Below the pieces are notes generated by a model. That model saw nothing but the letters and a program-made list of their open reading frames with translations. It did not search any database and was not told the DNA's origin. Source: Eledone cirrhosa (lineage: Eukaryota). Taken from it: a stretch of DNA of 64,000 nucleotides. Within the stretch, counting starts at the first letter, position 1; every line of letters begins with the position of its first letter. A program made the translations under genes and the position numbers. Positions 1-18,700 of this stretch are shown here, in pieces. The stretch covers positions 34,596,001 through 34,660,000 of the forward strand of contig OZ024756.1 in the NCBI GenBank assembly GCA_964016885.1. The letters are read 5' to 3'.

Positions 1-72
1 CATTTTCTTGAGTACCTTTTAGATTATCTGAAAATCATAGGCAGTGTCTTTTATTAGAAAGTTTTGGTAATG

Positions 73-115
<43 letters not shown>

Positions 116-688
116 TATGTGGCAGGGTATCAGACATCATACAGTTTTGGCAATGCTGTTGTTGCTGTCACTGTTGTTCATATGAAATCCTCATGAAGTA
201 CAATGCAGTCGAAAAATATGAAGGGTAAATTATGACAAATAAAATAAAACAAAGTAATGTTTTACCCAGTGTATTTTAACATGATATTTCAGGGCTAATA
301 CACTCTTTTCAAATGTGGGGATGAAACAGTTCAAAACAAAACGAATGAGCTATGTGTTCTTCTTTAACTGACCTACGTGTCTTGTAATACACAAGCATGA
401 AGTCGTTATAGTAACCAGTCTACCTCGTGCATTTCCGATCTATTATTTATCTGTGGTTTTCCCGGTTGATGATAATGACCTCTTTGATTTTTAAATTGCC
501 TATATTCCTTTCTGTTGCCTAAATGTTGACCTTAATATCTTGGCTGAGGCATCTGTCAAGATGTTTTTTAACAGAAGAAGCTCTCATTGTCATGTGCTCC
601 TTGATCCATATCTGCAGCATCCGGACGGTACTTCCGATGTACAAGAAGCTACATATTTAAATATATATATATATATATGTTTGTGTGC

Positions 689-719
<31 letters not shown>

Positions 720-728
<9 letters not shown>

Positions 729-935
729 CCTGGGTTCAATAATGGGTAACCACAGTAAGTAAAGTACTCAATACATTAGTAGAGTGTAAACAACAAATTA
801 AATAGATTTAATATAAAAATACCTTCTACAGGATTAGAACTGTTTCAAATTCATTAGGGCTTTCTTGATGATTCCCTTCGAATGAAACAGTTCTAGTCCT
901 GTAGAAGCCATTCCTATATTAAATTTGTTGTTTTA
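720..935. mobile_element. Inverted pair of hammerhead-bearing repeat ends (same family as 5995-6125), probable Penelope-like relic
   Basis: Arms 788-847 and 883-933 are complementary; decayed hammerhead at 858-909 (+, UUGAUGA core) and at about 823-860 (-, CUAAUGA); flanked by (GT)n and (TA)n. Confidence 0.6.
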
Positions 936-1104
936 TATATATATATATATATACATACATACATACACTGTGAGGTCAACAAATCTTCCATCTCCCAAAT
1001 TCTCCAACAATAATGTCAACCACCAACCGTGTCAAATTCTTCAGTACAATATTCTACATTTTCTTTCTTTTTTTTTTTTTTTTCTCTATTTTCTGAATTT
1101 CTAG

Positions 1105-1381
1105 TTCAACCTCAATTCCTGTAGGAAGTTGGACAGCAAGACTAGCATCAACACACTTGAAAGTAAGTCTTAGAACAGATATCTAAGGAATTGGTACTTG
1201 GGTTTGATGTTAAACACTTTCACATACTCATACATGCATATATTTGTGATACATATATATATATATACATACACACACATATATATATATATATGTCATA
1301 CCAGTAACCAGCTAGTACTTAGTACTACCCTCCATATTTATAGTTGTATTAAACATATATAAATATAAATATCCTTATTAC

Positions 1382-1412
<31 letters not shown>

Positions 1413-4400
1413 CTCATACACATACCCACCTCAAATAAAGACACAGACACATACTTATGTAAACTATATCAGATGTAACTACTACTACTACTACTACTAC
1501 TACTACAGGATGTATCATATTACCTATTGCACTCTAGAATTTGCTGTTAACTTTCAACAAACCTCAAGTTTCTCCCATTACTGATGATGTGTTTATGTTT
1601 TGATAACACAGAATATTTATAAAAAACACAGCTTTACTTTTCCCCACAGGCTCCTACAACCCACATTTTAGCAAAGTGATGTTGAATCTATACTTATAAA
1701 CTAGGTCTGTTAAACTCTCATGTCCTTTAACCCTTTCCTTACCATATTTGTAATGAAATACATCACCTATGATTTTCAAATTTTCAAATTCATTTGAAAA
1801 TAATAAAGACATTTTTAGAGAACTAACTTTTTCATTATTAAATTCTTTGTGACAATATTTCTAATGAAAGACACTGCCTATTATTTTCAAATAAATTAGA
1901 GAAATTAATAAGCTTCTGTTGGAGCATAATTTAATCATTTCTTTGCTTATGATGGTTCAATTAATTTTGAAAATTATCAAGAATTTAAATAATATAACTT
2001 TCTTATTAAGTTAGTATCTGGAAAATAACTTAACAAAAGTTCTTGCATAAAATTACGATGGAAGGATTTTAGATATTTATTTATTTATTTAATAAATTTA
2101 AACGTCCGTATAGAGCTAGTAAGCCATGACAGATTAGTGGATGTATCTAGTACTTCTTACAGTTGAGAAACAAACAAAATAAAACAAACAAGATAGACAG
2201 AGATAGGGGAATATAAAAATAAAATTAATATAAAAAAAAAAATAAAATAGAATTTAAAACATTTAAATAAGTAAGGCCAATGGAAGGCAAAATTAGCATT
2301 AAAAAAATATAAAGAAAAAATAGAAATCAAGGGATGCTGCAACGCAGCTAAAAGGTTCTGTTGTTAAATCTTTTCATAACCTCTATGTACTAAGATACAT
2401 ATAGATACTTGAAAACAAACAGTTTTGTATTATGGAACCAGGGGTCGTTTCAGGCAGATTGGTAGCAAAAGGGTTTAAATTTATCAGCAGGAATGTTCCC
2501 TCTAATCTTTTTCTAAATACTGAGTGGAACATATGTTGCTTTGAGAGAAAATATTTTAAATTCAAAGCTACTGCAAAGCAACTTTTCAAAGCAACTGCAG
2601 GGCAACTTTTCAAAGCTACTACAGAGCAACTTTTCAAAGCTAGTGCAGGGCAACTTTTCAAAGCTATTGCAGAGTAACTTTTCAAAGCTGCTGCAGAGCA
2701 ACTTTTCAAAGCTACAGCAGTGCAACTATTCAAAGCTATTGCAGAGCAACTTTTCAAAGTTACTTGCCCAGCAGCGACATTTTGATGTACATGGTTGTAA
2801 TGCAGAGTTTCCACGGTCATGTACTGTGGCAACTTTCAGGAAATGTTGATTAGCAGTGTGTTTCATGAAATGTAGTTAGAAAGGTGTCACTAACAGCTAT
2901 TCCCATATTTCATATTTCACAGCCAAGTATAAGGGAAAGATTCATGAATATCGTTGGTAAGATATTCCGCAAGATGAAGTGGCGGCAGTGGAATGTAAAA
3001 GTTGACAAAATTTTTGTCCATCCTAACTTTCAAATTAACGGTAAGTCTACAGTCTTGTGTGATTCCTCGATATTGTCTCCTTAGTCTTGCAGTGGACAAA
3101 CAAGGCAGTCTCTTTAGTGTTGGTACCATGATAAAATGCTCCCAGTACACTTTGCAAAGTGGTTGATAATCAAATGAAAACAATGTAGAGTAGAGTCGGT
3201 GCCAGGATAAAATACACCAAGTACACTCTGTAAAGTGGTTAACGATTGGAAGAAGGCTATGTAGCATGGAGTTGAAGGCATAATAGAATGAACCATCTTG
3301 CTTGTCATTTTGTTTTTCAGGCAGAGTGTGTCTAGGATTACATTCTTCAATGTGTCCTCTCTTTTATAATGATGGTGGATTCGTGTGGTGAAGGAGATTT
3401 GGTTCCTGTTTCTAGCAAGTCAAGCGACAATGTGAAGGCTCCTCCGTTTAAAATTGTTGAAGAGATCTGGAGTAGCAGAGAGAGTAAAGCATGGCTACAT
3501 AGTCTGCACGTTAGCTGATCGCAGTTGTCTCCCTTTGATCTGTCACAAGAGTCTTACTAAAGTTGTAAAACATCTTTGTTGACACTGGCCTACCCGGTTG
3601 CTATCCACATACCCCACCCCCACCTAGGAACTATAGTGACCACCACTACAGTCAGGAGAGTCTTACTGAAACTGACTACCCTTTTTCTTACCCATATCAA
3701 CCCAACCACCAACTATAGTGACCACCCCTACAGAAAGGAGAGTGTTATTGATGTTATAAAACATTTCTCTTTCTAGCTTTCCATGATGACATTGCACTGT
3801 TGAAACTGGCCCATCCTGTTCCCACTCACATCCACCCGAAAATCGAAAGTGTCAACCTGGCCCGACCTGATGACAGCTACTTCCCTCAGACAGGAAAGAT
3901 GTGTATTATGTCAGGGTGGGGATGTACTCGCAGTGGTGAGTATCACAGCCTTGTTTTCTTTTGATCGTTATTTTAATTCCATCATTTAAAAAGAAATCTT
4001 TATTTTTAACCTAGTTTCCTGTCGTTAAATTGTGATTATGCATATATCTTCTTCTTTGGAGGGTGTCGTTGGGGACAGAGTCCTCAAGCACGCTTTTCCG
4101 AGGGTTCTATCAGCTACAACTGTCTCCAACTGATCCAGCTGGATCCCCAATCAAGACCAACTGAGCTCATGGATGTCAACCAACCATTTAATCGACTTCC
4201 CCCTCTCCAAAAATTGTTGGCCATGTGCCTAAATCATAAACCATTATATAATAATAATATAAATAATAATAATGAAATTATTGTGTACAGTGTTCAGGTG
4301 CACTACAACTCATCAAAGGTGCATGTATAGTACATAGAATAAAGTACAAATGTCAGGAAAATGAACAGTGTGCGTGTGTATGGAGGGGGGGGGGCATCAG

Positions 4401-5630
4401 GTGTAGTGTTATTAAGTTGGTATTTGGAATATAACATGACATAGGTCCTTATTGAAAAATTGCAATGTAAAGTTTTTCAGATAATTAAAAACATTTTAAA
4501 ATAATCAGTTTTACAATGTCAGGCAAAGAACAGTTTTAGGTAGTTTGGTAATAAAATGGTTGACATTAATTCTACCAATTGTTCCTTAATATCTCATGGC
4601 TTCTGTTTCAGGTGGAACTGTTACCAAACATGCACAGGAACTAAATATGCCAATTATGAGCAACACAGAATGTTCCAAATATTTTGGCCATGTGTCCAAT
4701 GAGAAGATCTGTGCTGGTTTTAATAACAAGGCAAAGGGTATATGTCGGGTAAGTAGAAACTGCTCTGATATATGTATATGTATAGTATTTATAAATATTC
4801 TTAAAAGACTCCAGTTACATTTTCAAATTCTTTCCCTTATATGTGTGTGTGTGTGTGTGTGTAGATATACATTATATATATACACACATATATAATACAC
4901 ACACACACATACACACACATATATATATATATATATATAATACATACACTCACACACATACTTATGTGTATATATTTATATATATATATATATATATAAT
5001 TGTTTCTACTTTTGGCACAAGGCCAGCAATTACCCAATGAAAATATTGTGTACAGTGCTCAGGTGCACTACAACTCATCAAAAGTGTATGTATAGTACAC
5101 AGGGTAATGTACAAACGTCAGGAAAATGAACAGTGCATGAGTCATCATATACACATGTGTGCATGTGTATGGAAGGAGTACATCAGGTGTAGTTTTGGCG
5201 AATTTCGGGAAGCATGAGGGTTTTAAAGGATGCAGTGTCTCGGCAGCTAACAACTGACGCAGGCAGTTTGAATATATTATAAATATATATTGTAAATACA
5301 TATATCATATATATATGTGTGTGTATATATATATATAAAATGTTTAGGTAAAGGAGATTGAAACCCTACCTCCAATCTACACATACATAAAGCATGCATA
5401 GATACAACAGAACTACCCACATGGCCACCTACATATATATAATTTTTTTTTTTTCTATTTAATAGGGTGACAGTGGAGGCCCACTTGTTTGCTCCGGTCC
5501 CTATGGATGGTTACAGGTTGGTGTTGCCTCATTTACCAGCAAAGACCACCCAGAAAACTCCCCAGGTGTCTTCACCCGTGTATCTCACTATCGAAACTGG
5601 ATTGATCGAGTTATGAGGATCAATAGCTGA
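1105..5630 (+). CDS. Peptidase S1 (chymotrypsin/elastase-like) serine protease, 3' part; signal peptide, IVGG and His57 exons not seen in the window
   Basis: Phase-consistent GT-AG exons 1105-1162, 2923-3040, 3777-3935, 4612-4748, 5466-5630(TGA). Spliced protein contains VHPNF, HDDIALLKL (Asp102), CIMSGWG, EKICAG, GICRGDSGGPLVC (Ser195) and PGVFTRVSHYRNWI. AATAAA at 5751. Confidence 0.93.
2560..2765. repeat. 24-bp minisatellite, about 8.5 copies, protease intron
   Basis: Unit TTTTCAAAGCTRCTGCAGAGCAAC; explains four overlapping repetitive ORFs. Confidence 0.9.
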
Positions 5631-5949
5631 TCAACTGGATGTCATTGCAACTAAATTTACCAATAATTAACTCCACTTTTCTGTTTTGATGTATTTTTTT
5701 ATTTTCTTTATTAAAAAACAAAGATTATTATTATTATTTTTTTGTCTCTCAATAAATTCACACAATGAAATAAAAAAGTCAAAAGAAGGAATCAATTGAT
5801 CGAACATTTAATGCCATTAAACTTTGAATTTAGAATCTCAAATTATTGTAGTTTGTGTTATTAATCAACTCTTTCATGTCCTTAGTTCTAATAAAATGCA
5901 CTATATGTATATATATACATATGTGTGTATATATGCACATATGTATATA

Positions 5950-5994
<45 letters not shown>

Positions 5995-6072
5995 GTTATT
6001 CCGGGTTGAATCGGAGGTAACCACAGTAAGGTACTCAATACATAGCAGAGTATAAAAGTTTTAATATAGATG

Positions 6073-6123
6073 AGATTCTACAGGACTAGAACTGTTTCAT
6101 TCTTTAGAAATCATCAGGAATCT
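6073..6123 (-). ncRNA. Type I hammerhead ribozyme, intact core
   Basis: AGAUUC-CUGAUGA-U UUC UAAA GAA U-GAAA-CAG UUCUAGUC CUG-UA-GAAUCU; 6-bp stem I, short stem II opening with U.U. Confidence 0.75.
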
Positions 6124-6412
6124 GGGTATCAAAAAATAAAAATGGTATTTATAGGTCTCTACAAGTGGTAGGAGAGGGTGGGGAGTGGGATGGGTGTAGG
6201 TCATTGGTTGATAGAAAAGGGAATTCATTAAAAGCTAATTCTACAAAGCTATAGTTTATTTTTATTTTTATTTATTTATGTTTTTAGAGTAACAAAGGCA
6301 GACAGAATTCTATAAACAGGTTCCAGATGGCATACCATTCCTTGTCATTAAGTTTCTCTTAAGCTAACAGATGTCTATAAGATCAGTGGGGGGTCAGTCA
6401 TGGTAGAAAGAA

Positions 6413-6779
6413 TTAAAGAAAAGGGAGGTTCTTTAAAAGCTAAAATCATTAAGGTTCTACTAAGTGACAAAGGTTTTATGTGTGTATGTATATGTATGTA
6501 TGTGAATATATTTATATATATGTGTGTGTGTTTTTATGTGTGTATATGTGTATGTGTATGTGTGTTTATGGTTGCGCGTGAGTGTGTGAGTGACTGTGTT
6601 TTTTTGTGAATGTGTCTGTTGATTCTTGGCATATAGTTGATTAATTTAAGAGAAGTTCGAAGATAATTGTAAGATATGCACTCAGTATTTTGAATCTGTC
6701 TACAGAATTCTCTAAACCTTTGTCACTTAGTAGAACCTTAATGATTTTAGCTTTTAAAGAACCTCCCTTTTCTTTAAAA
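6413..6779. repeat. About 65-bp perfect inverted repeat around a (TG)-rich spacer
   Basis: 6413-6478 is the reverse complement of 6715-6779. Confidence 0.85.
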
Positions 6780-6781
6780 CA

Positions 6782-6955
6782 GTGAAGGAGGAAGATGATT
6801 TGATGCAGGAAGTTGAGACTGTGTCGATGAGTGTGGGGCTGAGAATGAATGAGGCTAAGACAAAATGTCTGGTAGAGAATGTTAAGAAGCCAGAGGGCAT
6901 TACTAATGTAGGTGGGAAGCCACTGGAATTAGTTGAGGAGTTCCTGTATTTGGAC
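6782..6955 (+). mobile_element. Non-LTR retrotransposon RT C-terminal fragment
   Basis: SVGLRMNEAKTKCL..GGKPLELVEEFLYL matches the LINE motif GL.IN..KTK..V..F.YLG. Confidence 0.7.
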
Positions 6956-7398
6956 CTCTCTAGTGTTGGTGATTTATATGATAAATACACTCAGTACACT
7001 CTGGATGCATTGAAGGGACTGGTGATAAGAAAGGTATCCAGCCATAGAAAACCTGCCAAATGAAGGGTTATAAGGGATCTTCAGCAATATCCTAAGACAC
7101 AACAACCTCTTTAATGTTAGTGCCACAATAATATACATCCAGTGTACTCTGTACAGTGCAGAAATGTATGTAAGTAAAAAGCAGGCCACCAACATATCTG
7201 AGAGACCAGTAGCTATGATTAAGTACAGTCTTGGTCTGTGTCGATCTGTGAAATCCTTGCTAGCAGAGAAAACGGACATTATATGATGATGATATATATA
7301 TATTTATATATGTGTGTGCATATGCATGTGTGTATGTGTGCATGTGTATGTATGTGAGTGTGTATAAGTATACATATATCACGTGTGTATACAAAAGA

Positions 7399-14778
<7,380 letters not shown>

Positions 14779-15792
14779 CTCTAATGTGATGTTCCTTCAC
14801 AGTTAATGGTAAGTGTTTATATATGAAAACTTCTAAATTTATTCATACACATGACTGAATTAACAACTGGTTTATATCTCAACTGTCCTTAGTCGCGTCA
14901 GTAAAATAACAGATAATATAGTCTTTAGTTACAAACCTCACTAATCTCAAATTTGTCTTTTATTTTTCCTGACAGGGCCAGTGCTACCATTAGGCTAACT
15001 AAATAGCCATCTAGGGTGCAGTTCTCTGAGAGGTGCATTACTGTACAGTATTATACGAATTTGTATAATTAAATTAAATATATAATAATTTCTTGCGATC
15101 AATAAATAAATCGCTAAACATCTTTGTCTGGTAGCAGTGTTGTAGAAATATACTAAACGGTCAAGAGGGTCGTGTGGTGTCATGATCTGTCAGATGATTT
15201 GACACAGGTGGGTGTTGACTGTGTACTAGAAAATGCTGGCTTAGTAAATTTCTTAGTTTGATCAGAGCAAGGAGTGTCAAAACCTGAATGTCAGCTTATT
15301 AAATATTTGGGAGAATGGGAAGTCTTTCATAGAGTCAGCTTATGGCACCAAATACCAGGTGTTGTCTCTGGTTCCTGAGTCAATAAAATAGGTATCAATC
15401 ATGTAAATCTGATGGAGGGAGGGGGGGTGATTTAATTGACTCAATGCCACACAACATCTAGATTTTATCTGATTTCAAAGTTGTCTTTTAGTGCATCTAC
15501 TCACTTTGTAAATTTCAATAAAAAATGTAAATTCATTGGTTAATAAATAATCAAATTAAACAAATTGCAAAGCAATTAGTAATTAATTAACAAATCTTTG
15601 CTTAAATGTCTTTGAAGCTTGGCTAAATATCTTGAAGGGACTTAATTAATTGAACACCGATTCAGTAGTTCAAACTGGATTATTTCCCTTACTTCTTTTG
15701 GCTGTTGGATTTTCGTTATTGTAAACACGTGTTTCTTTGAAAGTTTTAGTGTTTTAAGGTAACAGATCCCGTATTGTAGATATATTTCACTT
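14779..15792. promoter_or_regulatory. Probable bidirectional promoter and 5'UTRs of PRODH2 and POLR1G
   Basis: The two start codons diverge 1014 nt apart; transcription starts cannot be located from sequence. Confidence 0.5.
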
Positions 15793-18700
15793 ATGGCCTT
15801 AGAGTAAGTATTCAAATAATTAAATTTATATAAAATTCTATTGTCATTAGAACAATAATATTTATTTGGTATTCTTTTCGTTTTAAGCAAACGGTAAACT
15901 TTAATTCATCACTACGCTTTTCTCTCGAATTTTCTTTAATCATTATCAAATATAATTTGATTTTTAAACATTTTTCTTTTACTTATAAAACGTTCTAAAA
16001 TTAGATATTACAAAATTCCTGTAGATAGTGGGAAAGAGATATCTTTTGTGAAATCCCCCCCCCCCCCTTTAACTTACAAATCTTCCGTAATTTACAAACA
16101 GATCAATCAATCATGCACAGCTGATTTCATTACATACGGTAACTATAGCCTGGCTGAAGTGTCTGTGAATGTCTCATTTAATTATAAAGCGATCCCTGGC
16201 TCGAGTAAATATTCCCTCAATTCTGGAGCTAGCTGGATTGTCCAGAGTTGATGGGAAGAGATGAGATGGTCTTCCCCTTTGCTTCTTGCAAGAGGTAGAT
16301 GTCTCATCTGGGAATGCCACAGTCAGCTACTCTTTTGCTCCTTCCTACATCCTGAATAAAATTCTAAAATACAAGGAATTATCGGGAAACTATTTTTTCT
16401 GCAGCCTGTGGTGTTCCATACGTTTGAGAGGGAGGAGCTGGTCAACTTATAATAATAATAATGAAATTATTGTGTACAACGAAGTTCTTGTCATAGTTGG
16501 AGATTCGCCATACCAAGGAAGCTTGGTTAGTTCAACACCAACCTCGCTATCACCCGCAATCATGCTCCGAATGTGTTGACTTGCCTCAAAAATAGTTATA
16601 GGGAAGCTCCATCGCCTCTTATAGTGGCATGTGATTGAGTCAGCAGGTCTTCTACTTTCTTCTCTTTGTTTTTCTTTATTAGTGTATGATAAAATGTATT
16701 TGTTTGTTATTTTCAGATATGAATGTCCTCAAGGTTTTGAAGTTGAGTCTGTGAGGGAACAAAACATAAAAGTTTCTGATGTCAAACAAGATGATATTGA
16801 ACTCTGGTTGATAAAATCACCTGTTGATGTAAGTAAAAGATCGTTCATATTGAGAATATATTGATCACAACCCGGTTGATTGTGTGAAGAAGGGGGGGGG
16901 GGGGGGTACAGTTGATTATTTGAACCTCATACCCCATATTGTTGATGTAGGAATAGAGTTTTAACGTTTTAGACATTAGTCCATCGGAAGATAGAAGGAT
17001 AGATGAAGGTAAGAAATGGAAGAAACAAAAAAATTTATATTCATACATACACACACATATATATATATATGTCAATATGAATGGACCTGTTATTTTTATC
17101 TAAAGACATTTTTCCAAATTCCATCCCGCCCGTCCCCTCAATCTATCTTATTTCTCATTCTTTCTTCTGATGAACGACTAGCGACCAAAACGTTAAGACC
17201 CTCTTCCTGCTATATCAAGTGTTAGCCCAATATATCCCTTCCATATACTGTACCAATTGTGTTGTTATTTCTGTTTACCTTTTACATACACATATATATA
17301 TATATATAGAGCATACTATATTTCTGTATTTTCAGTTTGATATTGCCCGTCTTTCTGGTCACAAGATAAAATCAAAATTCAGCATTCATTCTGAAGAAAA
17401 TGTAAGTTAATGTATTCCATTCACTACTGATATTGAAACATAAGGATAAACTACTGTTATTGTTGTTTAGCTTCTGGTCAGGCCCTAACCCTCTGTCAGC
17501 CATTATCCAACAGCAGCAGTAAAATAACCTCAAAATTATTTTATTCCATTCACTGTTGATATTGAAACATGTTAAGAAAAACTACTCTTGTTTTTGTTTA
17601 GCCCCTGGTCAGCTCTGATCCAGCCCCCAACACATCTTATCAAAGCTGTTCAATGTGTGATTTTCTCATCTTTTTGTATAATCTAGAATTACATTGTTCA
17701 ACAAATACAGAAGAAATTATATATAAGTTTTTCTTTACCATTAATCAACATAAATTTTTTTTATTTAATTATATTTTTATTATATTTTTTTTACTAGGAT
17801 AATATTAAATATGTTGTTAGAAGTAACACAAACACATCTGAGGTGAGTATATATTTTTTCTAAATATAATGGCAATGTTCCATAAAGAAATTATTATATA
17901 AAATTATTATTTAAAACTATGTCTATAGTCTTACAAATATATTGTGTAACAGATTATTTAAAACTATGTCTAGTCTTACATATATATTGTGTAACAGATT
18001 ATTTAAAACTATGTCTATAGTCTTACATATATATTGTGTAACAGATTATTTAAAACTATGTATATAGTCTGACATATATATTGTGTAACAGATTATTTAA
18101 AACTATGTATATAGTCTGACATATATTCTGTAACAGATTATTTAAAACTATGTCTATAGTCTTATATATTGTGTAACAGATTATTTAAAACTATGTATAT
18201 AGTCTTACATATATATTGTGTAACAGATTATTTAAAACTATGTCTAGTCTTACAAATATATTGTGTAACAGATTATTTAAAACTATGTCTATAGTCTTAC
18301 AAATATATTGTGTAACAGATTATTTAAAACTATGTCTAGTCTTACATATATATTGTGTAACAGATTATTTAAAACTATGTCTAGTCTTACATATATATTG
18401 TGTAACAGATTATTTAAAACTATGTCTATAGTCTTACATATATATTGTGTAACAGATTAGTTAAAACTATGTCTATAGTCTTACAAATATATTGTGTAAC
18501 AGATTAGTTAAAACTATGTCTATAGTCTTACATATATATTGTGTAACAGATTATTTAAAATACTTTATCTGTAGTCTAACATATTTAAAACCATGTTTAA
18601 AGTCTGACATATATTATTAAACAGGTTATTTAAAATGCTTTATGTCTACTTTCAGCTCAATTCTTATCAATGTCTTTTCCCACACGACAGAAAGGAAACA

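Noticed and set aside
2383-2849. ORFs with 8-aa repeats (SKLLQSNF, ALKSC)
   Set aside because: 24-bp intronic minisatellite; the protease splices across it in phase.
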